This document shows positions 50,017 through 60,217 of a stretch of DNA of 64,000 nt, one piece after another. This stretch comes from Pelagibacterales bacterium SAG-MED20 (lineage in GTDB: Bacteria; Pseudomonadota; Alphaproteobacteria; Pelagibacterales; Pelagibacteraceae): the NCBI GenBank assembly GCA_014653975.1, contig JACWDR010000002.1, forward strand, positions 1,887 to 65,886, written 5' to 3'. The number at the start of each line of letters is the position of its first letter. Position 1 is the stretch's first letter. The notes under the pieces are model-generated. The model ran no database searches. It was given only the letters and a program-made list of their open reading frames with translations, and was not told the DNA's origin. The translations under genes were made by a program, and so were the position numbers.

Positions 50017-50999
50017 ATATTTTTTCCATAAATTCTAAATCGGGATATTCCACCATCTGGAAAAATATTGATTTTTACAAAATTAATTTTATCTTTTTTC
50101 ATTAAATTATTTTTAAAAATATGTATTTTATTAGATGATAATTTTGCATTTTTTAATAAATATTTCCATTTGACTGAAGAATTTACAATTATTTTAAAGT
50201 TTTTTGACTTTGGTATGTATGCAGCCTGCAATGAACAATAGCTCGGAAAATTACCTTTAAAATGATGGGTGGATATTTCAATTTTATCAATTTCTTTTCC
50301 ATCTAAAGAATTTAATATTAACCAATCAAATCCTTTATTACGTCTTCTTCTCGTTTCCCATCCATCACCCATGTTTTTGGCCTTACCAGGCGCTAAAATA
50401 TTTTCAGCTTTACCAAAGTGTTCATTATTACAAGCAATCACAGATGCTCCATTTAGTAATGATGCAAGATTTGTTTTTTTATTTTTTAACTTATTAGATT
50501 TGGCAATTGAGCCAAACAATCTTAACCGAGCAACCCCACCATCTGGAAAAATATTAAATTTGATATGTGTTAAAATCTTTTTATTATTTATATCAAAAAA
50601 GTGATGACTATTGGCTTGTGTTTTCTTTTTAGAAAGAAATGGTTTCCATTTTAATTGATTTATCTTATTTGAATTAGAGTTTGTTCCTTCAATAGAAATC
50701 ATTGCTGGCTGGTTTCCGTTAAAGTGTGATGTATCAACGTCAATTTTTTTAATAGAACCAGGTTTTCCTAATTTTAAAATTATATAGTCATGCCCTTTAG
50801 TTCTTTTTCTTCTAGATTCCCAACCATCCATCCATTTACCATTTTTATCAAATAGTCCCTCTTTAAAAATTGCTGGTAAAGGTTCAATAATCCTATTAGC
50901 TGAAGCAAAAAAGTCATCAGTTTTAAATATAATCTTTGTGCCCAGCCTAGGTTGAGCTAAATCGATAAGACCATTTGTAAAAATAATTTTTTTTGACAT
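50013..50999 (-). CDS. alc: Allantoicase
   Basis: Two repeats of DGWE(S/T)RRxR and IFPDGG(V/I)(A/S)R. Confidence 0.95.
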   Translation of the reverse strand: MSKKIIFTNGLIDLAQPRLGTKIIFKTDDFFASANRIIEPLPAIFKEGLFDKNGKWMDGWESRRKRTKGHDYIILKLGKPGSIKKIDVDTSHFNGNQPAMISIEGTNSNSNKINQLKWKPFLSKKKTQANSHHFFDINNKKILTHIKFNIFPDGGVARLRLFGSIAKSNKLKNKKTNLASLLNGASVIACNNEHFGKAENILAPGKAKNMGDGWETRRRRNKGFDWLILNSLDGKEIDKIEISTHHFKGNFPSYCSLQAAYIPKSKNFKIIVNSSVKWKYLLKNAKLSSNKIHIFKNNLMKKDKINFVKINIFPDGGISRFRIYGKNI

Positions 51000-51907
51000 T
51001 ATTCAGAATAGTTTTTAATCCAGTGATTGGCTATATCAATTCTCTTACATATCCAAACAGCTTCATGTTTAAGAATATAATCTAGAAATTTCTTTAAAGA
51101 TTGAATTCTACCAGGTTTTCCAATCAACCTGCAGTGTAATCCTACCGACATCATCTTGGGGTTTGTTAGTCCTTCTTCATATAAAGCATCAAAGCTATCT
51201 TTTAAATAAGAAAAAAAATGATCACCAGTATTAAACCCCTGATTGGTTGCAAATCTCATATCGTTGTTATCTAACGTATAAGGAATAATTAATTGTTTTT
51301 TCTTATTTCTAGTTTCCCAATATGGTAAGTCATCACTATATGAGTCACTATCATATAAAAAACCACCATCTTCCATAACTAAGTCCCTAGTATTAGAGCT
51401 ACATCTACCTGTGTACCAGCCAGTAGGTCTTTCACCAAAAATTTTTGTGTGAGCTTTAATTGCAAAATTCATATGTTTTTTTTCTTCTGATTTTTTGATA
51501 TTTTGGTAATCAATCCATCTCCACCCATGAGATGCAACCTCATAATAAGACCCAGCTTCTATTATAGCTTTACAAATTTCAGGGTTTTTCTCTAAAGCCA
51601 TACCAACTCCAAAAATTGTTATAGGAATTTTTTTTTCTTGAAATAGTTTGTGCAATCTCCAAAATCCTACCCTTGAACCATACTCATAAAGAGACTCCAT
51701 ATTTATATGTCTATCTTTTATAGGCTTAGCACCTATGATTTCTGATAAAAAAATTTCTGAGTAATTATCACCATTTAGGACACAATTTTCAGCTCCTTCC
51801 TCATAATTCAAAACTATTTGAACAGCTATTCGTGCATTACCAGGCCATATAATCTTTTTACCATTAGAGCCATACCCAACCATATCTCTTGGATCTTTTT
51901 TAGACAT
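50999..51907 (-). CDS. puuE: Allantoinase PuuE (polysaccharide deacetylase fold)
   Basis: RDMVGYG, LNYEEG, ESLYEYGSRVG, HGWRW, GWYTGR, LHCRLIG. Confidence 0.94.
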   Translation of the reverse strand: MSKKDPRDMVGYGSNGKKIIWPGNARIAVQIVLNYEEGAENCVLNGDNYSEIFLSEIIGAKPIKDRHINMESLYEYGSRVGFWRLHKLFQEKKIPITIFGVGMALEKNPEICKAIIEAGSYYEVASHGWRWIDYQNIKKSEEKKHMNFAIKAHTKIFGERPTGWYTGRCSSNTRDLVMEDGGFLYDSDSYSDDLPYWETRNKKKQLIIPYTLDNNDMRFATNQGFNTGDHFFSYLKDSFDALYEEGLTNPKMMSVGLHCRLIGKPGRIQSLKKFLDYILKHEAVWICKRIDIANHWIKNYSE

Positions 51908-51946
51908 AAGAAAATTATAATTTACTTTGTATTGTTTAACAATTTA

Positions 51947-53137
51947 TTAATTTGGAACGGACTCTGCTTTGATGCCATCAAGCAAGTTTAAACATTTTTT
52001 AAGTTCATCTAAAACAATGAATTCATCAATTTTATGAGCTTGATCAATTGATCCTGGACCACAGACTACTGTACTAATTCCTATTTCTTGGAATAAACCT
52101 GCTTCAGTTCCAAATGAAACAACTTGTCTAGAATTATCACCTGTTAAACTTGAAATTAACTCACATGCATCTGACTTATCTTCTCTATCAAACCCAATTA
52201 TTTCACCAATAATGTCTTTTTCAATTGAGGCATTAGGAAAAATTTTTTTCATTTGAGGTAACAATACCTCATTTGCATATTTGTCGATCTCTTGATTTAA
52301 AAATATACCGTCTTCTTTAACAACTGGTCGTGTTTCCCAGTTAACATGACATTTATCTGCTATTACATTGTGAGCGATACCACCAAATATACCACCAATA
52401 GAAAGGGTAGAGTGAGGTGGATCAAAAATAGATTCTTTAGGTGCTCTACTTTTAAGTTTTTCCCTAAGCTCTATTAATTTATTTACATATCTTGATGCAT
52501 ATTCAACAGCACTTACACCTTTATGAGGTGCTGAACTATGCCCTGCTAAACCTTTAAAATAAGTTGTATATTCATAGCATCCTTTGTGAGCATCAATAAT
52601 TTTCATATTAGTTGGTTCACCAATAATGCAAATACCATCTTTAATATCTCTTTTTTTTAATTCTTCTATTAGTATAGGCGCACCCTGGCAGGCTGTTTCT
52701 TCATCAAATGTAAATGAAAAATGAATGTCTCTATCTAAATTTGATTTAGAATATATAGGTGCATAAGCTAAAGTACATGCAATAAAACCTTTCATATCAC
52801 ACGAACCCCTTCCGTACAATTTATCACCTTTAATAGTTGCGGTAAAAGGATCAGAACTCCAACCTTTTGAAACTGGAACAACATCAGTGTGGCCTGATAA
52901 AATAATTGGCTTCTTATTATTTGTATTTTTAGCTTTTAGAGTAGCAAATAAATTTACTCTTTTTTTTTCGTCATCATAGGTTCTAAAGGAAGTAGCACCT
53001 AACTTTTTTAAGATACCATCACAATAATCAATTAATGAGCTGTTATCTTCTCCTGAAATAGTTTTAAAAGCTATTAAGTCTGTCAAAATTTGAACTGAAT
53101 TATCATATAGCAGCTTTGAATTATTTTCTGTACTCAT
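51947..53137 (-). CDS. argE: M20 deacetylase, acetylornithine deacetylase-like
   Basis: SGHTDVVP, GRGSCDMKG, DEE, GEPT, QAH..DE; ATG 53137. Confidence 0.85.
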   Translation of the reverse strand: MSTENNSKLLYDNSVQILTDLIAFKTISGEDNSSLIDYCDGILKKLGATSFRTYDDEKKRVNLFATLKAKNTNNKKPIILSGHTDVVPVSKGWSSDPFTATIKGDKLYGRGSCDMKGFIACTLAYAPIYSKSNLDRDIHFSFTFDEETACQGAPILIEELKKRDIKDGICIIGEPTNMKIIDAHKGCYEYTTYFKGLAGHSSAPHKGVSAVEYASRYVNKLIELREKLKSRAPKESIFDPPHSTLSIGGIFGGIAHNVIADKCHVNWETRPVVKEDGIFLNQEIDKYANEVLLPQMKKIFPNASIEKDIIGEIIGFDREDKSDACELISSLTGDNSRQVVSFGTEAGLFQEIGISTVVCGPGSIDQAHKIDEFIVLDELKKCLNLLDGIKAESVPN

Positions 53138-53164
53138 ATTTAACAAGCATTATATATTAAATAT

Positions 53165-53506
53165 ATGAAAGAACAAATAACCTATGATATTTTTGACAAA
53201 GTAGATATTAGAGTTGGCACCGTGGTATCTGTAAAAAAAAATGAAAAAGCAAGAAAACCATCTTTAGTTATAGAAGTTGACTTTGGAAAAGAGATCGGTA
53301 TTAAACAATCTTCAGCTCAAATTACTCATTATTACAATGAAAAAAATTTGAAAGGTAAACAAGTTATTGGTGTTTGTAATTTTGCTGAAAAAAATATAGC
53401 AGGAGTTATTTCTCAAGTTCTTATTTTAGGGTCAATCGATAATGATGGAAAGGTTACATTAGTTCACCCATCTCGAGAGTCTGAGAATGGTCTTCCAATA
53501 GCTTAG
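53165..53506 (+). CDS. csaA: CsaA / tRNA-binding OB-fold protein
   Basis: VDIRVGT, DFG.EIG.KQSSAQIT. Confidence 0.9.
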   Translation: MKEQITYDIFDKVDIRVGTVVSVKKNEKARKPSLVIEVDFGKEIGIKQSSAQITHYYNEKNLKGKQVIGVCNFAEKNIAGVISQVLILGSIDNDGKVTLVHPSRESENGLPIA

Positions 53507-53513
53507 TTTTTTT

Positions 53514-54101
53514 ATGCATCCTGAATTATTTTTGTTAATCGGTATTTCATTATCTCTGGGTTTTACGCCAGGACCAAATAATGCTGTAGCTTCATATTCT
53601 GGTTTTAATTTTGGAATAAAAAAAACAATACCATTAATATTAGGTGTTTGGTTTGGGTATACAACTTTTGTTACTTTGACAAATTTTGTTTTAATATCAA
53701 CTTTTATTAAATATCCAATTATACAAGAAATAATTAGAATTTTAGGAACTTTTTTTTTAATTTATTTAGCATACAAGATTTCATTTTCATCATTATCCAA
53801 AGAAGATAAAAAAGTTAATCCTGTAAAATTTATTGATACTTTTATTTTTCAGTTCTTAAATCCAAAAGGAGTAATGGCAGGTATAACTTTGATTTCAAAA
53901 TTTGTACTAGAAGATGATTATATAAATAGCTCTTTATCAGTTATTGTAGTTTGCTCTTTAACAGCAATTGTAAGTATTACTACGTGGGCATTTTTAGGTA
54001 AGTTTTTGAGGAAATTTGCGACAAATAATAATTTTATTAAACGATTTAATTATGCTATGTCATTGCTACTTATCATTTGTATAATAGGGTTCTACATCTA
54101 A
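53514..54101 (+). CDS. LysE/RhtB family exporter
   Basis: TPGPNN, YLAYK, QFLNPK. Confidence 0.9.
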   Translation: MHPELFLLIGISLSLGFTPGPNNAVASYSGFNFGIKKTIPLILGVWFGYTTFVTLTNFVLISTFIKYPIIQEIIRILGTFFLIYLAYKISFSSLSKEDKKVNPVKFIDTFIFQFLNPKGVMAGITLISKFVLEDDYINSSLSVIVVCSLTAIVSITTWAFLGKFLRKFATNNNFIKRFNYAMSLLLIICIIGFYI

Positions 54102-54108
54102 AAATTAA

Positions 54109-56778
54109 ATGAAACCAGGAAATAAAAATTCATACAAGTCTTTAAAATCTATTAATATTAATAATAGTGAATATAAATATTTTTCATTATCAGAAGCTGA
54201 AAAAAATGGTTTAGATGGAATTTCAAAGCTTCCGAAATCACTCAAAGTTTTATTAGAAAATCTATTAAGATATGAAGATGATCTATCAGTTACAAAAAAA
54301 CAAATAGAGGCAATTAAAGAATGGTTAAAAACAAAAAAATCATCAACTGAGATAGCTTACAGACCAGCTAGAGTTTTATTGCAAGATTATACAGGAATTC
54401 CAGCAGTTGCAGATCTTGCTGCTATGAGAGAAGCTGTTAAAGAAAAAAATAAAGATCCAAACGCAATTAATCCACTTTCTGCAGTTGATCTTGTTATTGA
54501 TCATTCTGTGCAGGTTGATAAATCAGCAAATTCAGATTCATTTGAAAAAAATGTTGATATTGAGTTTCAAAGAAATGGAGAAAGATATTCTTTCTTAAAA
54601 TGGGGGCAACAGGCATTTGATAATTTTAGAATAGTTCCTCCTGGAACAGGAATTTGTCATCAAGTTAATTTGGAATATTTATCTAAAGTAGTTTGGTCAG
54701 AAAAATTTATAGATGAAAATTATTTATTTCCTGACACTTTAGTTGGAACAGACAGTCATACTACTATGGTTAATGGTTTATCAGTTTTAGGTTGGGGTGT
54801 TGGTGGAATTGAAGCGGAAGCAGGAATGTTAGGTCAACCAATCTCTATGTTAATTCCTGAAGTGATAGGCTTTGAAGTAATTAATAAAATGCCTGAAGGA
54901 ACAACCGCTACAGACTTAGTTTTAACTGTTGTAAAGATGCTAAGGGATAAAGGTGTTGTTGGAAAATTTGTTGAATTTTATGGTAAAGGCTTAAAAAATC
55001 TAACCCTTGCAGATAGAGCAACAATAGCAAATATGGCACCTGAATATGGTGCAACATGTGGGTTTTTTCCAATTGATGAAGAGACACTAAAATATTTAAA
55101 ATTTTCTGGTAGAGATGATAATACAGTAAACATTGTTGAAAAATATGCAAAAGAACAAGGTTTGTGGGCAAGTGAAGAAATAGAATTTACAGACACACTT
55201 TTATTAGATATGTCAACAATTGTTCCAACAATCTCTGGACCGAAAAGACCGCAAGATAAAGTCTTATTAACAGATGCATCAACTGGATTTAAAAAAGTTT
55301 TTGAAGAAGCAACAAACAGAAAAAAACAAAATACTTCAAAAGTTGAAGAAACAGATTATGAGATTAAAGATGGATCAATATTAATTGCTGCAATTACATC
55401 GTGTACTAATACCTCTAATCCCAATGTTTTAATTGGAGCTGGTTTATTGGCTAAAAAAGCAGTTGAGCTTGGCCTTAAAACAAAACCGTGGGTAAAAACA
55501 TCTTTAGCTCCAGGGTCCCAAGTAGTAACTGATTATTTAGAAAAAGCGGGTTTAAATATATTTTTAGATGACCTTGGATTTAATTTGGTTGGTTATGGCT
55601 GTACTACTTGTATAGGAAATTCAGGGCCATTACCTGATAACATTACTAATGCGATACAAAAAGAAAATATTTATGCAGTATCAGTTTTATCTGGTAATAG
55701 AAATTTTGAAGGAAGAATATCACCACATATTAAAGCAAATTATTTAGCATCTCCACCACTTGTTGTTGCTTATGCATTAGCAGGCCATATGGAGTTTGAT
55801 CTTTATAAAGAGCCTTTAGGCAAATCTAAAGAGGGTAAAGATATTTACTTAAAGGATATTTGGCCAACAAACAAAGAAATAGAAGATACTCTAAAAGAAG
55901 CACTTAATGCAGATATGTTTATAAAAAGATATTCAAATGTTTCAGAAGGACCAAAACAATGGCAAGAAATTAAGACAGAAAACACAAGTATCTATAATTG
56001 GGACTCAGGGTCAACATATGTAAAAAAACCACCTTTCTTTGATAATCTTTCTGATAAGCCTGAAGGTTTTAAAAAAATAAAAGATGCAAGACCTTTATTA
56101 ATTCTTGGTGATATGGTTACTACAGATCATATTTCTCCTGCAGGAAATATTCAAAAAGATAGTCCAACTGGACAATATTTTATGGAACATCAAGTTTTAC
56201 AGAAAGATTATAATTCTTATGGAGCTAGAAGAGGCAACCATGAAGTTATGATGAGAGGTACTTTTGCAAATATAAGAATAAAGAATGAAATGGCTCCTGG
56301 TACTGAGGGAGGTTTTACTAAATTATATCCTGAAGAAAAAATTATGCCTGTTTATGATGCCGTAAGAGAATATAAAAAAAGAGGAACAGATTTAGTTGTT
56401 ATTGGTGGTAAAGAGTATGGGACAGGGTCATCTAGAGATTGGGCTGCAAAAGGAACCAAACTACTAGGTGTCAAAGTTGTGATCGCAGAAAGTTTTGAAA
56501 GAATACATAGATCCAATTTAATTGGAATGGGTATTCTTCCCCTTCAATTCGTAGAAGGAATGAATAGAATAAATTTAAATTTGTTAGGCTCAGAACTAAT
56601 TACTGTTTTAGAAATAGAAAAAGGTATTAATGCCTCTGATCAAGTATCTATAGAGATTAAATATATTTCTGGTGATATTAAAAAAATTAAAACTTTATGC
56701 AGAATTGATACAAAAAATGAATTAGAGTATTATAAAAATGGTGGTATCCTTCAATACGTTTTAAGAAATATGATTTAA
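54109..56778 (+). CDS. acnA: Aconitate hydratase A
   Basis: GICHQVNLE, DSHT, ITSCTNTSN, GCTTCIGNSG, TDHISP, GSSRDWAAKG. Confidence 0.99.
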   Translation: MKPGNKNSYKSLKSININNSEYKYFSLSEAEKNGLDGISKLPKSLKVLLENLLRYEDDLSVTKKQIEAIKEWLKTKKSSTEIAYRPARVLLQDYTGIPAVADLAAMREAVKEKNKDPNAINPLSAVDLVIDHSVQVDKSANSDSFEKNVDIEFQRNGERYSFLKWGQQAFDNFRIVPPGTGICHQVNLEYLSKVVWSEKFIDENYLFPDTLVGTDSHTTMVNGLSVLGWGVGGIEAEAGMLGQPISMLIPEVIGFEVINKMPEGTTATDLVLTVVKMLRDKGVVGKFVEFYGKGLKNLTLADRATIANMAPEYGATCGFFPIDEETLKYLKFSGRDDNTVNIVEKYAKEQGLWASEEIEFTDTLLLDMSTIVPTISGPKRPQDKVLLTDASTGFKKVFEEATNRKKQNTSKVEETDYEIKDGSILIAAITSCTNTSNPNVLIGAGLLAKKAVELGLKTKPWVKTSLAPGSQVVTDYLEKAGLNIFLDDLGFNLVGYGCTTCIGNSGPLPDNITNAIQKENIYAVSVLSGNRNFEGRISPHIKANYLASPPLVVAYALAGHMEFDLYKEPLGKSKEGKDIYLKDIWPTNKEIEDTLKEALNADMFIKRYSNVSEGPKQWQEIKTENTSIYNWDSGSTYVKKPPFFDNLSDKPEGFKKIKDARPLLILGDMVTTDHISPAGNIQKDSPTGQYFMEHQVLQKDYNSYGARRGNHEVMMRGTFANIRIKNEMAPGTEGGFTKLYPEEKIMPVYDAVREYKKRGTDLVVIGGKEYGTGSSRDWAAKGTKLLGVKVVIAESFERIHRSNLIGMGILPLQFVEGMNRINLNLLGSELITVLEIEKGINASDQVSIEIKYISGDIKKIKTLCRIDTKNELEYYKNGGILQYVLRNMI

Positions 56779-56780
56779 TT

Positions 56781-57425
56781 ATGGATGAAGAAATTACTAT
56801 AATAGACGCTAATACAAGAAATCAAAAAATTAAAAGTTTTTTTATAAATAATAGAAAAAATCTTATTATAATTACTTCGATTATAGTTATTTTATTAGTT
56901 GGTTATTTGTCCTTAGGTGAAATCAAAAAACGAGATAAAGCAAAGCTAGCTAATCAATATAACATTGCTAAAATAAACTTTAAAATAGGAGAGGAGGAAA
57001 AAATAACTGAGGAGTTGATAAATATAGTGAATAAACAGGACGTAACATATTCACCTCTAGCACTTTATTTCATAATAGATAATAATTTAATTGATAACAA
57101 AGAAGATGTGAATTCTTTGTTTGATATTTTGATCAAAGACACAAAATTACAAAAAGAAATTAAAGATTTAATTATTTATAAAAAAGCACTGTATAACTCT
57201 GACTTTATAAGTGAAAATGAATTAATTCAAATACTGAACCCAATAATTAATTCAAAAAGTGTATGGAAGTCCCATTCTTTATACTTAATTGCAGAATATT
57301 TCTATTCAAGAAACGAAAAACAAAAAGCAAAAGAATTCTTTAATCAAATTTTAGATTTAACAAATAGTAATAGCGATATAAGAGAAGAGTCACAAAAAAG
57401 AATTAATAGAGATTTTAGTGAATAA
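56781..57425 (+). CDS. Membrane-anchored TPR protein (YfgM-like)
   Basis: Single N-terminal TM plus helical repeats; directly upstream of a bamB-like gene. Confidence 0.7.
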   Translation: MDEEITIIDANTRNQKIKSFFINNRKNLIIITSIIVILLVGYLSLGEIKKRDKAKLANQYNIAKINFKIGEEEKITEELINIVNKQDVTYSPLALYFIIDNNLIDNKEDVNSLFDILIKDTKLQKEIKDLIIYKKALYNSDFISENELIQILNPIINSKSVWKSHSLYLIAEYFYSRNEKQKAKEFFNQILDLTNSNSDIREESQKRINRDFSE

Positions 57426-58728
57426 TATTTTAAAGATAATACTAATTTTTATTTTTGTAACAAATTGCTCATTAAGTCAAAATTCTAAATTTTGGACCGA
57501 AGAAAAAATTTCAATAAAAAAAGAAACTCAAAAAAATAATGTAAAAGTGATCTTAAAAAAAGAAAAAGCTTTAAACTTAGAAATTAATCCAAATCTAAAG
57601 ATTAGTCTTTATTCAAAACCAGTCAATAAAAGTTTTTTAAATGATTTTGATAATAATAATGGCAGAATAAATTATAGTGGAAATTTACGAAATATTTCTA
57701 AATTTAAATTTTCTAAAATAGAAAAATTTTTTCAATATGATCCAGAAGTTTCATTTAATAATAACAATATTATATTTTTTGACAACAAGGGATCAATTTT
57801 AAAATTTGATAATCAATCAAATTTAATTTGGAAAAAAAATTACTATTCAAAATCAGAAAAAAAATTAAATCCAATACTTATTTTTGCAAGTAATAAAAAA
57901 ACATTAATTGTTGCTGATAACATTGCAAAATTTTATGCATTGAATATTGAAACTGGAGAATTATTATGGTCTAAAAACAATACTGCACCGTTTAATTCTC
58001 AGATTAAGATTCATAAAAGCCTTTTTTTTATTGTAGATTTTGAAAATATATTAAGAGCCTATTCTTTAAAAGATGGAAAAGAAATTTGGAATTTAAAAAC
58101 TGAAAATACAATAATTAAATCTCAAAAAAAACTTTCTATAGTAATAATTGATGAAAAAATTTACTTTAATAATTCATTAGGAGACATAAGCTCAGTTGAT
58201 ATTAAAACAGGTGAACTTATATGGCAAAGTCCAACACAAAGTAGCCTTGTTTCTGCGGAATCTTTTTTTCTTAAAACCTCAGACATAATTGCAGATAAAA
58301 ATGCATTATATTTTTCAAATAATAAAAACCAATTTTTTTCACTAGATATCAAAACTGGAAATTTAAACTGGCAACAAAAAGCTAACTCAAACTTAAGACC
58401 AACTTTAATTGATGATTATATTTTTACTGTAACTTTGGAGGGGTATTTGATGATTATTAATAAAAATGATGGTAAAATTGTACGTGTTACCGATGTATTC
58501 AGTAATTTCAAAGCAAAAAAAAGAAATAAGATTAAACCCACTGGTTTTATTATTGGAAAAAACGATATTTATTTAACCACAGATCATGGTCGATTACTTA
58601 TAATTGATGTTAATAGTGGTTTAACAAAATCTATGATAAAAATTGTCAACAAAAAGATTTCAAGACCCTCAGTTTTAAATCAAAATTTATTTATTATTAG
58701 CGATAACTCAATTATTAAACTTAATTAA
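57418..58728 (+). CDS. bamB: PQQ-like beta-propeller lipoprotein (BamB-like)
   Basis: Lipobox-like VTNC; repeated TGELLW / DGKEIW / TGELIW / TGNLNW blades. Confidence 0.8.
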   Translation: MNNILKIILIFIFVTNCSLSQNSKFWTEEKISIKKETQKNNVKVILKKEKALNLEINPNLKISLYSKPVNKSFLNDFDNNNGRINYSGNLRNISKFKFSKIEKFFQYDPEVSFNNNNIIFFDNKGSILKFDNQSNLIWKKNYYSKSEKKLNPILIFASNKKTLIVADNIAKFYALNIETGELLWSKNNTAPFNSQIKIHKSLFFIVDFENILRAYSLKDGKEIWNLKTENTIIKSQKKLSIVIIDEKIYFNNSLGDISSVDIKTGELIWQSPTQSSLVSAESFFLKTSDIIADKNALYFSNNKNQFFSLDIKTGNLNWQQKANSNLRPTLIDDYIFTVTLEGYLMIINKNDGKIVRVTDVFSNFKAKKRNKIKPTGFIIGKNDIYLTTDHGRLLIIDVNSGLTKSMIKIVNKKISRPSVLNQNLFIISDNSIIKLN

Positions 58729-58736
58729 CAATTAAT

Positions 58737-59162
58737 ATGTTACTGAAGTTTTTGGATAAAATAGGTCGAAAAAAAATTGTATTAGACAGGGGAATATCTC
58801 ATCCAAAATATAACGAGGCTAAGCCTTGGATGAACAGATATTATTTGTTATTCAGACAGAGACCTAAATGGTTTCCATTCAATGTCTTAATTCACGAAAT
58901 GCTAGCAGATGATCATGGAGAAGGTGTGCACACACATTTGTGTCCATATATAACCATAATTTTAAGAGGAGGCTACTGGGAAACAATTAAAGAAGGGAAA
59001 TTCTGGAGACCACCAGGTTATATAGGGTTTAGGTCAGCAAATAATCTGCACAGAGTAGATCTTAAACCAGGCACAAAACCAATGACAATATTTATACCAG
59101 GACCTTTTGGTTTGAGAAAGGGTCCAAGGTCGGAATATGGAATAGATTTTAAAAAAAAATGA
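58737..59162 (+). CDS. Cupin-like hypothetical protein
   Basis: HTH...GGYWE...LHRV cupin metal-binding pattern. Confidence 0.7.
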   Translation: MLLKFLDKIGRKKIVLDRGISHPKYNEAKPWMNRYYLLFRQRPKWFPFNVLIHEMLADDHGEGVHTHLCPYITIILRGGYWETIKEGKFWRPPGYIGFRSANNLHRVDLKPGTKPMTIFIPGPFGLRKGPRSEYGIDFKKK

Positions 59163-60217
59163 ATCTTAAAAAATTATTTATAAATTACTGCAATGTTAAG
59201 AAATTAGAAATTAATAACGATCAAGTAAAAATTATAGAGTCTCTTAATAAATTTTATAATATAAATTTTAAAAATTCTTTTTTATCAAACTTGTTATCAA
59301 AAAAAAATAATAAACAGGGGTTTTATCTACAAGGCGGTGTTGGAGTTGGAAAAACAATGATCCTAGATTTCTTTTATAAAAATTTTAATAAATCTAAACA
59401 AAGACTGCACTTTAATGAATTTATGATAAATTTTCATGATTTTGTTTTTCAAAAAAAAAATGATAAAAAAGAAAATGTTATTAATAGATTTGTAAATGAA
59501 TTAAAAAAAAAATATGAATTAATTTATTTTGATGAATTTCAAGTAACAAATATTGTTGATGCAATGATACTTGGAAATTTATTTAAAAAGATTTTTGATA
59601 AAAATATAAAAGTTATATTCTCATCTAATATTAAGATTAATGACCTTTATAAAGATGGATTACAAAGAGAACAATTTTTACCCTTTATAATGAATCTTAA
59701 ATTAAAGTGTTATGAAGAAAATCTTATTATCAAAGAAGATTATAGAAAATCAAAAAAGAATAAAAGTGGACAATACTTCTACCCATTGAATGATGCAACA
59801 AACTTTAAAATTAATAAGCTTTTTAGACAACTAACTAAAGGTAAAATAAGAGAAGATAAAATTTTATCTATTAAAGGAAGAAAGTTTAATTTTAAAAATT
59901 ATTATCAAGGAATTGCAAGATTTGATTTTAACGATTTGTGTAATAAAAATATCGGGGCAGAAGATTATATAAAAATAGCTAAAGTTTGTGATTTTATAAT
60001 CATAGAAAATTTACCTAATTTTAATTATAAAAATTCAAATCAACAACAAAGATTTATTACATTAATTGATATCATTTATGAAAAAAAGATATCCTTAGTA
60101 GTTAGTGGTGAGTCAAGCTTGCAAGAAATAACTTCAGTCGATATTTTAAAGAACCCATTTAAAAGAACTACTAGTCGTTTGTATGAGTTGACATCTTTAA
60201 AATATGATTATCTATAA
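59159..60217 (+). CDS. zapE: AFG1/ZapE family ATPase
   Basis: GGVGVGKT, HFNEFM, FDEFQV..IVDAMIL, LYKDGLQR, RFITLID, SRLYE. Confidence 0.93.
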   Translation: MNLKKLFINYCNVKKLEINNDQVKIIESLNKFYNINFKNSFLSNLLSKKNNKQGFYLQGGVGVGKTMILDFFYKNFNKSKQRLHFNEFMINFHDFVFQKKNDKKENVINRFVNELKKKYELIYFDEFQVTNIVDAMILGNLFKKIFDKNIKVIFSSNIKINDLYKDGLQREQFLPFIMNLKLKCYEENLIIKEDYRKSKKNKSGQYFYPLNDATNFKINKLFRQLTKGKIREDKILSIKGRKFNFKNYYQGIARFDFNDLCNKNIGAEDYIKIAKVCDFIIIENLPNFNYKNSNQQQRFITLIDIIYEKKISLVVSGESSLQEITSVDILKNPFKRTTSRLYELTSLKYDYL

